Source of the DNA: Cytophagia bacterium
GTDB lineage: Bacteria; Bacteroidota; Bacteroidia; UBA7662
Reading direction: 5' to 3'
Assembly (NCBI GenBank): GCA_009926405.1
Contig: RFOZ01000002.1
Coordinates: forward strand, 1 to 42,840
DNA length: 42,840 nucleotides
Positions within the stretch are counted from its first letter, which is position 1; every line of letters starts with the position of its first letter. A program made the position numbers and the translations under genes. The notes under the pieces were generated by a model. It searched no databases. It had not been told where the DNA came from and saw nothing but the letters and a program-made list of their open reading frames with translations. This document shows positions 34,684-42,840 of the stretch, piece by piece.

Positions 34684-35874
34684 TCACGCCAAGGCGGCGG
34701 CAACGGCCGTCGCGGCATCTTCGAGCGTTACAGCAGCGCGGATTGGCAAACCAGAAGCCTCCAAGAGCGCTTTGGCCTCCACTGCATTAGTACCCTGCAA
34801 ACGAACGATCAAAGGAACACGCAAGTCCCCAATTGTACGGCAGGCTTCAATAATTCCGTTGGCCACCCGATCGCAACGAACGATCCCCCCAAAAATGTTG
34901 ACCAAAATGGCCTTTACGTTGGGGTCTTCCAGAATTATGTTGAAGGCTTGGGCAACCCGCTCGGCCGAGGCCGTGCCCCCTACGTCCAAAAAGTTGGCAG
35001 GGCTACCGCCGCTGAGCTGAATCATGTCCATGGTGGCCATGGCCAGCCCTGCTCCGTTCACCATGCAACCGACGTTGCCGTCCAATTTAACATAATTCAA
35101 ATTAAACGAAGCAGCTTTGAGTTCGGTGGGATCCTCTTCCCGAGGGTCGTGCATTTTGGAAATGGCGGGAACACGCATCAAGGCGTTGTCGTCAATATTG
35201 ACTTTGGCATCCACCGCCAAAATTCGATCGTCCGATGTCTTGAGGACCGGATTGATTTCGAACAAGGAGGCTTCAACTCCTTCAAAGGCCTTGACCAGGT
35301 TTTGACAAAACGACACCATCTCCTTGAAAGCCTGACCCTTCAAGCCCAAATTCAAGGCGACACGCCTTGCCTGATAAGCTTGGAATCCAATCGTTGGGTC
35401 AATCCATTCGCGGTAAATTTTCTCGGGGTGTTTTTCGGCCACCTCTTCAATGTCCATCCCTCCCTCCGGAGAATACACCATGACAAAACCACCCTTGGCG
35501 CGATCCAGCAAGACCGACATGTAAAATTCTTGGGTTGGAGAAGGACCGGGGGCATAAACATCTTCTGCAATCAAAACCGAATGCACGGTTTTGCCGGCAG
35601 CCCCGGTTTGCGGAGTCACCAATTGCATACCCAAAATTTGGGAACTCAAATCACGGACCTGGTCCATGGATTTGGCCAATTTGATTCCCCCGCCTTTGCC
35701 CCGACCACCGGCATGAACCTGGGCCTTCACAACCCACCAACCGGTACCGGTTTGCTCCTGTATTTGGGTCGCAGCACGAACAGCTTCCTCCGCGGTTTCG
35801 GCTAACAGGCCACGCTGTACGGCCACACCGTATTGGGAAAGCAAGGATTTGCCCTGGTATTCGTGAATGTTCAT
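34684..35874 (-). CDS. sucC: Succinate--CoA ligase (ADP-forming) beta subunit
   Basis: 'MNIHEYQGKSLLSQYGVAVQRG', ATP-grasp 'VVKAQVHAGGRGKGGGIKL', and 'NIFGGIVRCD'. 396 aa. No sucD is adjacent. Confidence 0.93.
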   Translation of the reverse strand: MNIHEYQGKSLLSQYGVAVQRGLLAETAEEAVRAATQIQEQTGTGWWVVKAQVHAGGRGKGGGIKLAKSMDQVRDLSSQILGMQLVTPQTGAAGKTVHSVLIAEDVYAPGPSPTQEFYMSVLLDRAKGGFVMVYSPEGGMDIEEVAEKHPEKIYREWIDPTIGFQAYQARRVALNLGLKGQAFKEMVSFCQNLVKAFEGVEASLFEINPVLKTSDDRILAVDAKVNIDDNALMRVPAISKMHDPREEDPTELKAASFNLNYVKLDGNVGCMVNGAGLAMATMDMIQLSGGSPANFLDVGGTASAERVAQAFNIILEDPNVKAILVNIFGGIVRCDRVANGIIEACRTIGDLRVPLIVRLQGTNAVEAKALLEASGLPIRAAVTLEDAATAVAAALA

Positions 35875-35916
35875 GGGATTTGGTTATGAGGTAGAAATTT
35901 CAAACAGGGCATGGCC

Positions 35917-37236
35917 TTAGCCACCAAAGTCATCGAAGGCTACATGCTCTTTGGGGATCCCCCAATCATCGCACATCTTGAGTACGGCGGCATTCATCAT
36001 CGGGGGACCGCAGAAATAGAATTCGATTTCTTCGGGCTCCTTGTGTTTGCTCAGGTAATTATCAATAAAGGATTGATGGACAAAACCCAGGAAGCCATCT
36101 CCGTCACGATCTTCCAAATCTTTGCTAACCTTCCAGTTGTCTTCAGGGAGCGGCTCGGACAAGACCACATGGAAACGGAAATTGGGGAATTCCTTTTCGA
36201 TGGCCCGGAATTCATCCACGTAGAACAATTCTCTTTTGGAACGACCTCCGTACCAGTAACTTACTTTGCGACCGGTTTTGAGGGTATGAAACAAATGGAA
36301 TATGTGCGCACGCAATGGGGCCATACCGGCACCGCCTCCGACATAAACCATTTCTTTCTGGGTATCCTTGATAAAAAATTCTCCGTAAGGACCCGAAATA
36401 GTCACTTTGTCACCCGGCTTGGCATTGAAAACAAAAGACGAACAAACACCCGGGTTTACTTTCATCCAATCATTGGTAGCCCGATCCCATGGTGGGGTGG
36501 CAATACGAATATTCAATTTGATGATATTGCCTTCGGCCGGGTGGTTGGCCATGGAATAGGCCCGGAAAATGGGCTCGGGATTCACCATTTTGAGATCCCA
36601 TAACTTGAACTTGTCCCAGTCTTCTTTGAATTTGTCCTTACCGGCCGGATCATCGGGTGAAGGAGCAATGTCGATGTTCTTGAAGTCAACCGTACAGGCA
36701 GGAACGTCCACTTGGATATAGCCACCGGCTTCAAAATGCAGGTTCTCCCCTTCGGGCAATTTCACCGTAAACTCTTTGATGAACGTGGCCACGTTGTAGT
36801 TGGAAACCACTTCGCATTCCCACTTCTTGATTCCGAATATTTCTTCCGGAATTTGAATTTTCATGTCGTTCTTGACCTTGACCTGGCAGGCCAAGCGCCA
36901 GTGTTCGGCCTGTTCACGGCGATTCAAATGTCCCTTCTCGGTCGGTAACACATCCCCGCCCCCTTCCAAAATCTGGCATTTGCACATCGCACAGGTTCCA
37001 CCACCACCGCAAGCCGAAGGCAAAAACAATTTGCGTTCCGACAAGGTGGTTAACAACGTAGAACCCGCCGCAACCTTCATGGGGTTGGCGGTATCGCCGT
37101 TCACGATAATTTCGACATCGCCGCTGTTGACCAATTTGGCCTGGGCGTACATCAACACAAAAACCAGCAGAAGGATCACCCCGGAAAAGGCCAGGATGGA
37201 ATAAAAAATGATGGATAAGGTTGCCCCGGTTAACAT
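35917..37236 (-). CDS. nqrF: Na+-translocating NADH:quinone oxidoreductase subunit F
   Basis: N-terminal TM, [2Fe-2S] ferredoxin motif '[12 protein letters not shown]', FAD 'RAYSMAN', NADH 'GGGAGMAP'. It is the last gene of the nqr order. Confidence 0.92.
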   Translation of the reverse strand: MLTGATLSIIFYSILAFSGVILLLVFVLMYAQAKLVNSGDVEIIVNGDTANPMKVAAGSTLLTTLSERKLFLPSACGGGGTCAMCKCQILEGGGDVLPTEKGHLNRREQAEHWRLACQVKVKNDMKIQIPEEIFGIKKWECEVVSNYNVATFIKEFTVKLPEGENLHFEAGGYIQVDVPACTVDFKNIDIAPSPDDPAGKDKFKEDWDKFKLWDLKMVNPEPIFRAYSMANHPAEGNIIKLNIRIATPPWDRATNDWMKVNPGVCSSFVFNAKPGDKVTISGPYGEFFIKDTQKEMVYVGGGAGMAPLRAHIFHLFHTLKTGRKVSYWYGGRSKRELFYVDEFRAIEKEFPNFRFHVVLSEPLPEDNWKVSKDLEDRDGDGFLGFVHQSFIDNYLSKHKEPEEIEFYFCGPPMMNAAVLKMCDDWGIPKEHVAFDDFGG

Positions 37237-37249
37237 AGTCGTCGATCGT

Positions 37250-37882
37250 TTATAGCGTAATACCCAAAAAACTCATGAAGGCAATGCCCATCAATCCGGT
37301 CAAAATAAAGGTGATGCCCAAGCCTTTGAGAGGAGCCGGAACATCCGAATAGCGAAGACGCATCCGAATAGCCGCGATAGCGACAATGGCTATCATCCAA
37401 CCCACCCCGGAACCCAATCCAAAGACCGTGGCCTCGGCAAATTCATAATCCCTTTCTTGCATAAAAAGAGATCCACCCAGGATGGAGCAATTCACGGCGA
37501 TCAAAGGCAGGAAAATCCCAAGGGCACCGTACAATTCAGGGGATAATTTCTCCACCAACATCTCCACCAACTGAGTCATGGAGGCGATGGTGGCAATGAA
37601 CATAATAAAAGCCAGGAAGCTCAAATCTACTTTGGCCAAGGACGGGCTAATCCAAGCCAAGGCGCCTTCCTTGAGAACTTTGTTGAGCAATAGCCAGTTC
37701 AAGGGAACCGTGATGGTCAATACAAAGACGACCGCGATCCCAAGGCCGAGAGCGGTCTTGACATTCTTGGAAACGGCCAAATAGGAACACATCCCCAAGA
37801 AATAGGCAAAAATCATGTTGTCGATAAAAATCGACCGAACGAAAACGGATACGAGATCCGCAGCCAAAAACAAAGTGCTCAT
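37250..37882 (-). CDS. nqrE: Na+-NQR subunit E
   Basis: 210-aa polytopic membrane protein of the RnfA/NqrE family ('[16 protein letters not shown]', 'ALGLGIAV'). The ATGA overlap with nqrD fits the operon order. Confidence 0.9.
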   Translation of the reverse strand: MSTLFLAADLVSVFVRSIFIDNMIFAYFLGMCSYLAVSKNVKTALGLGIAVVFVLTITVPLNWLLLNKVLKEGALAWISPSLAKVDLSFLAFIMFIATIASMTQLVEMLVEKLSPELYGALGIFLPLIAVNCSILGGSLFMQERDYEFAEATVFGLGSGVGWMIAIVAIAAIRMRLRYSDVPAPLKGLGITFILTGLMGIAFMSFLGITL

Positions 37883-38547
37883 TCTTTTTCCTCCAAATGT
37901 TTAGCAAGACTTCTTTGAACCCAAATAAAACAGGCCACCACAAAAAGGGCACCGGCGGGAATCATCATCAACCCGTTGTTGACATAACCGGCTTCGTACA
38001 TAGCATCGGGAATCACCTGAAAACCAAAAATCTTTCCGCTTCCCAGCAATTCACGAAAGAATGCCACCGTCAAAATCACAAATCCGTAACCAAATCCGTT
38101 GCCCAATCCGTCCAAGAGCGATGGTACGGGTTTATTGCCCATGGCATAGGCCTCAAGCCGTCCCATAACAATACAATTGGTGATAATCAATCCGACAAAG
38201 ACCGATAGCTGTTTGCTGATATCGTACATATACGCTTTGAGAGCCTGGTCCACGAGGATAACCAAAACCGAAACCACGGTTAACTGAACAATGATTCGAA
38301 TTCGGGGTGGAATGGCATTGCGCATCAGCGAGATAACGAAATTGGACAAGGCCACAACCGCTGTTACCGAAAGGGCCATCACCATGGTCGGCTTCATCTG
38401 CGTTGTTACCGCCAAGGCTGAACAAATCCCAAGAACCTGTATGGTCACCGGATTGTTATCCGATAAGGGATCGGTGATTAACTTTCTTTCTTTCTTGCCG
38501 ATCAAAGGCTTTTTCTCGACCGGATTTTGAACCGCTACTTCGCTCAT
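37879..38547 (-). CDS. nqrD: Na+-NQR subunit D
   Basis: 222-aa polytopic membrane protein of the RnfE/NqrD family ('[18 protein letters not shown]'), with ATGA overlaps on both sides. Confidence 0.9.
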   Translation of the reverse strand: MSEVAVQNPVEKKPLIGKKERKLITDPLSDNNPVTIQVLGICSALAVTTQMKPTMVMALSVTAVVALSNFVISLMRNAIPPRIRIIVQLTVVSVLVILVDQALKAYMYDISKQLSVFVGLIITNCIVMGRLEAYAMGNKPVPSLLDGLGNGFGYGFVILTVAFFRELLGSGKIFGFQVIPDAMYEAGYVNNGLMMIPAGALFVVACFIWVQRSLAKHLEEKE

Positions 38548-39266
38548 AGAGGGGACGTTTGAGGTGCTTGTTGACGAATGTACTTGAGGTAAGAGGCCAG
38601 GTCCTCTTCCAGCATTTTGCTTACACCGTTGGAGGTGATGGTGCCACCGCTGATCGCATCCACGGCATGGGGCATGCTGGCATCGTGTTTGCCTTTTTCT
38701 ACTTTGACGGAAACAAATTGCCCTTGATCATTGAGGACTTTCTTGTTGATGAATTGGTTTTCGAAGGCATCGGTATTGATTTCCGCGCCCAGACCCGGCG
38801 TTTCTCCTTTGTGATCAAATATGGCCGACCGCAGGGTGTTGCCATCTTCGTCCAAAGCAAGGTAACCCCAAATGGGTCCCCAAAGACCGGTACCGGCTGT
38901 TTGAAGGAGGTAGGTGGTACGGCCCTTGGGATCCTTGTAAACATACATGGGGTAACGAACCTTGTACTTGGGATCCTTGGTGCTGATTTTTTTCTCCAAG
39001 GCCAAATCCAAGCTTATGGCTTCAGCCCCGGGAATAATTTGACCGTCCTGATCAATCACAATCGATTGAACCAAGGCGTCGAATTTTTTGTAATCATCGG
39101 GGCCGTTCAATCCGACCAGAGACAAAATGTTTTGCTGCTTTTCTTTGAGGATGTTTTCATCCTGCGCCGGCTTGAGCAGGGTGGCTGCAGCTGCCAGCAA
39201 GGCTGCGGATAGCGTCGTCACCACGAGGGCAAAGACGATGGTAGCGGTATTTCCTTTGGATGCCAT
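38544..39266 (-). CDS. nqrC: Na+-NQR subunit C (FMN-binding)
   Basis: A single N-terminal TM is followed by an FMN_bind domain with the covalent-FMN motif context 'AISGGTITS'. 240 aa, in the correct operon position. Confidence 0.85.
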   Translation of the reverse strand: MASKGNTATIVFALVVTTLSAALLAAAATLLKPAQDENILKEKQQNILSLVGLNGPDDYKKFDALVQSIVIDQDGQIIPGAEAISLDLALEKKISTKDPKYKVRYPMYVYKDPKGRTTYLLQTAGTGLWGPIWGYLALDEDGNTLRSAIFDHKGETPGLGAEINTDAFENQFINKKVLNDQGQFVSVKVEKGKHDASMPHAVDAISGGTITSNGVSKMLEEDLASYLKYIRQQAPQTSPL

Positions 39267-39284
39267 AGGAGGTTATAATAAATT

Positions 39285-40475
39285 TTAGGCGATGGAAGTT
39301 CGGGCCGCAAGGCGTTTGTTCCGCCGGGCAATATTGGCCTGCACTACGTAGTAATCGATGAGCGGTGCCATCACATTCCCAAAGAGTATGGCCAACATGA
39401 TTCCTTCGGGATAGGCGGGGTTGAATACCCGGATCATTACCGCCATCATCCCGACCAGAAGACCGTAGATCCATTTACCGGTACCTGTATGAGCTGCTGT
39501 CACCGGGTCGGTGGCCATGAAAACGGCTCCAAAAAGCAGCCCACCCATGGCCAAGTGCAGATGAAATGGCATGTTCATGAACGGGGTCAAACCGATCCCG
39601 TTAAAAATGAGACCCATCAACAAGGCTCCCAAAACAACGCTGAGCATAATGACCCCGGAACCAATCCCGGTAATTACCAAGAAGGCTGCACCCAGAAGAA
39701 TCGCAATTTTGGAGGTCTCCCCAATGGAACCGGGGATTAAGCCAACGACCATATCCTGCAAATTATAATTCCAGTTTTGGTCAGCGCTAATCTTGAAGGG
39801 TGTGCCGGTTGCAGCAGCATTGGCCAAAGCGGTTGCCCCACTGTAAACATCGGGTTTTTCGGAAATCCAAACCAGGTCTCCACTCATGAAAGTGGGATAA
39901 GCAAAGAACAAAAAGACCCGAGCCGTGAGGGCCACGTTGAGAACATTCATCCCGGTACCCCCAAAGACTTCTTTGGCGAAGATGACCGCGAAGGCCGTGG
40001 ACAAGGCAACCATCCACAACGGAATATCCGGAGGCAGCACCAAAGGAATCAACATCCCCGAAACCAAGAACCCTTCGTTAATGGCATGGCCCTTTTTGGA
40101 GGCCACAAAGAATTCGATTCCCAAACCCACCGAATACGAAACCACCACGATGGGAAGAACCTTGATGGCACCGTACATGACTTTGTCCCAAAAACCGTTC
40201 ATGGGGGACCCGGCGAATTCGCCCAAAGCCAAGAAATGCTGATGACCAACATTAAAAATCCCAAACAAGAGGGCGGGAATCATGGCCAGGATCACAAAAA
40301 ACATGGTCCGCTTGAGATCAATGCCGGCTTTGATGTGGGTCCCACCGCTGCTTACCCGGTCCGGGGTAAAAAGAAAGGTGGCAAAACCGTCAAAAAGGGT
40401 GTGAAACTGCGAATATTTCCCGCCTTTTTCGAAGTCAGGTCGCAGCTCCAGTATTTTCTTTTTTAGAAATTCCAT
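39285..40475 (-). CDS. nqrB: Na+-NQR subunit B
   Basis: 396-aa polytopic RnfD/NqrB-family protein, with 'GGTHIK', 'FFVASKKGHAINEGFLVSG' and the FMN-attachment region 'YSGATAL'. Confidence 0.9.
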   Translation of the reverse strand: MEFLKKKILELRPDFEKGGKYSQFHTLFDGFATFLFTPDRVSSGGTHIKAGIDLKRTMFFVILAMIPALLFGIFNVGHQHFLALGEFAGSPMNGFWDKVMYGAIKVLPIVVVSYSVGLGIEFFVASKKGHAINEGFLVSGMLIPLVLPPDIPLWMVALSTAFAVIFAKEVFGGTGMNVLNVALTARVFLFFAYPTFMSGDLVWISEKPDVYSGATALANAAATGTPFKISADQNWNYNLQDMVVGLIPGSIGETSKIAILLGAAFLVITGIGSGVIMLSVVLGALLMGLIFNGIGLTPFMNMPFHLHLAMGGLLFGAVFMATDPVTAAHTGTGKWIYGLLVGMMAVMIRVFNPAYPEGIMLAILFGNVMAPLIDYYVVQANIARRNKRLAARTSIA

Positions 40476-40525
40476 GGGGGCTCAGAATGGATAACGATGG
40501 GATTGTTTAAATAGTAAGTCTGCTC

Positions 40526-41887
40526 TTATTGCTCTTCGGAAATCAGGAGATCCAATCCGTTCCGCACCATTTGCTGAACGGGAATTTTGGAAGTACAAAC
40601 AAATTCACAAAGGGCTACATCTTCTTCGTCTAACTCGTGAAGACCTAATTGCTCCATCTCCTCAACATCCTGATAGTGAATAGCTTTGAGAAGGTAGGTA
40701 GGCAACAGATCCATGGGCAATACCTTTTCGTACTGACCTGTCATCACAAAGGCCCGCTCTTCACCGTGGGTGTTGGTGTTGACTTCATAGGTACGCTTGC
40801 TCATCCAACCCGACAAGAAGGATTTGGAAATATCAGGGCGGGCATACGATGGCAAGAGCCATCCCAGGAATTCCAGATCGCGGCCCTCAGGAATCACACT
40901 CAGTTGGTCGTGGTAGAAACCCAGAAATCCATCCGCCCCTACCTGTTCCCCGCTCAACAAATCCCCGGATACCGTGCGGTGATCCCCGGCCTTACGTCCG
41001 GCTGCTTGAATTAATTCCTGAACGGATCCCCCCACCAACACCTGGGCATAACCGGGTTGGTTCAAGGATGAACCACCGACCGATACCCAACGACGGGCAT
41101 CGTAATAACCGGTCAAAAACAAACGACCCAAAATAATCACATCGGCCGGGGTCATGGTCCAAACACAGTCGCCTTTGGAAACCGGGGAAACATGGTGCAT
41201 TTGAATACCGACATTCCCGCTGGGATGGGGCCCTTCAAATTGATGCACTTTTACATGGTTAGCCCCGGTGAAATGCTTGGAGCGGGTTCGGCTGGTATGG
41301 GTATGCAAAAAGACTTGGCCAGGGCATAATTGATTCAAGGCCTTGAGACCTTCGGCAAATGCAGCCGGGTCTTGGTCCACTTGAAAGTCCCGATCGGCGG
41401 CCATGGGTGCCGTGTTAAAGGCAGAAATGACAATGCATCGAGGCTGGGCTTCGGGCCTGGCCATGCGATTGTAGGGTCTTTGACGCATATGAGCCCAGGT
41501 TCCTGAAACCAGCATTTTGGCCTTGACCCCATCAGCGCCCAGATCCTCCGGACGTGCGGAACCAAAGTCCATGTATTGGGTTTCGGAATCGCCTTGGATG
41601 ACAACCGCTTCGAGCAAGCGTTTGGCTCCGCGTTGGATCGCCAAAACTTGGCCGCTTCGGGGACTGCATACGTAGAGGCCTGGGTGTTCCTTGTCTTCCA
41701 ACAAAGGCGTTCCTGCAAGGACGGTGCTCCCTTCTTCGACCAGAAGCCTGAACTTCTGGTAATGGAAAACGGTCGGCCGAACAGCGCAGCGCTGGTTCGA
41801 GATCGAAAGCAAGGATTGGGGCTGGGGGGTGCCGGCAAGATGGATATCGTACCCCCGGCGTAGTCGGATGGTTGGTGCCATGGTCAT
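40526..41887 (-). CDS. nqrA: Na+-NQR subunit A
   Basis: 'IRLRRGYDIHLAGTPQ' is a typical NqrA N-terminus, and this is the first gene of nqrABCDEF. The start is taken at ATG 41887 (or 41881); the 32 extra ORF-track codons do not resemble NqrA. Confidence 0.88.
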   Translation of the reverse strand: MTMAPTIRLRRGYDIHLAGTPQPQSLLSISNQRCAVRPTVFHYQKFRLLVEEGSTVLAGTPLLEDKEHPGLYVCSPRSGQVLAIQRGAKRLLEAVVIQGDSETQYMDFGSARPEDLGADGVKAKMLVSGTWAHMRQRPYNRMARPEAQPRCIVISAFNTAPMAADRDFQVDQDPAAFAEGLKALNQLCPGQVFLHTHTSRTRSKHFTGANHVKVHQFEGPHPSGNVGIQMHHVSPVSKGDCVWTMTPADVIILGRLFLTGYYDARRWVSVGGSSLNQPGYAQVLVGGSVQELIQAAGRKAGDHRTVSGDLLSGEQVGADGFLGFYHDQLSVIPEGRDLEFLGWLLPSYARPDISKSFLSGWMSKRTYEVNTNTHGEERAFVMTGQYEKVLPMDLLPTYLLKAIHYQDVEEMEQLGLHELDEEDVALCEFVCTSKIPVQQMVRNGLDLLISEEQ

Positions 41888-42022
41888 AGTGCGGGCCAAA
41901 AATACAATAGCCATCGGAGTGGAATTCGAATTTTGGCTGATTATTCTGCCTTTTCTTGATAAAAAAATTGGAGGCAAAGGCACGTTCTGCCGATTCGGAA
42001 CGTATGATTGGGTATGGTGCGA

Positions 42023-42840
42023 ATGATTTGCCTTTTAATCGTCTTGCTTTGCCAACAAAGCCTGGCCGGAAACGGGAACGGGAACGGGTCCACCCCTTAC
42101 CTGGAGAACGTCTTTTCCACCAACCTTGCCGGGGTGCGGCTCCAAACAGAGGGGGATCCCTTTGCCTCGCCCGTTTGGGAATTGGGCTCCAACAACGCAC
42201 CCTTGGTTTTGCATTTTGATGATTTGGAAGGGGGTTATCGGCCTTACACCGTTCGGCTGGTCCCTTGTCGCCGGGATTGGACCCCCTCGGATTTGTTCGA
42301 GTCCCAAGCCTTTGAAGGCCTGGACCGGGAACTCATCCAAGCGCATCGACCCTCGTTCAACACCTTGCAGCGATACACCCACTACAGCCATCCCCTGCCT
42401 TCCGAAACCTTGCGCCCCAAAATATCCGGCAATTTCGCCGTCCTGGTATATGCAGACCAAGACCTTCAGGAACCTGTTTTGGTCCGCCGCCTTTTGGTTC
42501 TTGAAAACCGGGTTTCGGTCGCGGCGCTTATTCGAAGAACCTATGCGGGCCGTCAGGCTTTGAGCCATCAACAATTGGAACTGGACTTGACCCTCGGTCG
42601 TTTGACAATTCAGCAACCGGCCCAGGACTTGAGCCTGCATGTTTTGCAAAACGGAGATTGGAACAGCCTCCGATCGGTGCCCCCCTTCCCCACCACGTTG
42701 CTCTCCTGCAGCGGGCGGGGCAGCATCACGAAGGGGAGCATCGGCTCCTCCGAAGGCTTCAGGCGCACGATGTTGGCACCGAAGTTGGGGAAGTCCTTGG
42801 CGTTGGGGGGCTCGAGCTGGCCCGACGGGCTCACCTTGTC
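42023..42840 (+). CDS. DUF5103 / T9SS plug-protein-like secreted protein, partial (open at window end; last ~165 nt suspect)
   Basis: Not in the ORF track because no stop is reached. ATG 42023 gives the signal peptide [16 protein letters not shown], then 'YLENVFS...[64 protein letters not shown]...[11 protein letters not shown]'. As far as I recall, this matches the first domain of the SprA-associated plug family (PF17116). Family-like sequence is lost after ~42675. Confidence 0.55.
   Translation, partial: MICLLIVLLCQQSLAGNGNGNGSTPYLENVFSTNLAGVRLQTEGDPFASPVWELGSNNAPLVLHFDDLEGGYRPYTVRLVPCRRDWTPSDLFESQAFEGLDRELIQAHRPSFNTLQRYTHYSHPLPSETLRPKISGNFAVLVYADQDLQEPVLVRRLLVLENRVSVAALIRRTYAGRQALSHQQLELDLTLGRLTIQQPAQDLSLHVLQNGDWNSLRSVPPFPTTLLSCSGRGSITKGSIGSSEGFRRTMLAPKLGKSLALGGSSWPDGLTL

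Noticed and set aside
34948-36603. Long plus-strand ORFs of 285 aa (34948-35805) and 230 aa (35911-36603).
   Set aside because: They lie antisense to sucC and nqrF, both of which have unambiguous motifs. These are shadow ORFs caused by codon bias.
38559-40466. Plus-strand ORFs of 217 aa (38559-39212) and 229 aa (39777-40466).
   Set aside because: They lie antisense to nqrC and nqrB. No recognisable domains; shadow ORFs.
42071-42088. An (AACGGG)x3 tandem hexanucleotide repeat encoding NGNGNG just after the signal peptide of the plug-like gene.
   Set aside because: Only three in-frame copies are present. This is a flexible linker rather than a phase-variation tract or a meaningful repeat array.
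41532-42200. A 222-aa minus-strand ORF spanning the nqrA 5' region and the intergenic spacer.
   Set aside because: It is out of frame with nqrA and Arg/Pro-rich. It crosses a divergent promoter region and overlaps the start of the plug-like gene.
42035-42649. A 204-aa minus-strand ORF and a 145-aa plus-strand ORF (42126-42563) from the track.
   Set aside because: The alternative +2 frame from 42023 has a signal peptide and family-like motifs. These two ORFs have neither.
1-42840. CRISPR arrays, IS elements or transposases, integrases, prophage genes, toxin-antitoxin or known defence-system genes, and rRNA.
   Set aside because: None was seen on either strand by eye. The only repeat structure found is the in-gene CBM module array. 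This visual scan cannot exclude short or degenerate elements.

Overview
This window looks like a chromosomal segment of a Bacteroidota genome. The evidence is a T9SS C-terminal sorting domain, DUF4199-like and BatA-N-domain proteins, a T9SS-plug-like gene, TAnnTTTG -7 promoter boxes, no Shine-Dalgarno sequences, and many 1-4 nt stop/start overlaps. About 37 protein genes and one tRNA-Arg(ACG) are supported. No rRNA, CRISPR array, transposase, integrase or recognisable defence gene was seen.

The left ~8 kb (379-8155) is the accessory-looking part. It holds a secreted GH16 beta-glucanase, a DTE-motif proton-pumping rhodopsin in its own terminator-flanked unit, a 1275-aa multidomain T9SS cargo protein, and an AraC regulator with a degenerate receiver domain. 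The cargo protein carries an esterase-like domain, four CBM-like repeats, dockerin-like and cohesin-like modules, and the sorting domain.

The middle is housekeeping: hutI, an HtrA-family protease, floA, argS, an arginase-family gene, arginine decarboxylase, an acyl-CoA carboxyltransferase and a transaldolase/FSA-family gene.

The right half is one run of 18 minus-strand genes with no gap over ~50 nt: nqrABCDEF, sucC, then an 11-gene envelope cluster that is mostly uncharacterised.

The window ends in a partial T9SS-plug-like (DUF5103) gene. Its last ~165 nt switch abruptly to almost pure G/C third codon positions, which suggests a misjoin or insertion.

Nothing here is demonstrably a new system. 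The best candidates for follow-up are the dockerin/cohesin pairing around the rhodopsin, the atypical rhodopsin itself, and the envelope cluster. All domain calls come from reading the translations by eye; no searches were run.
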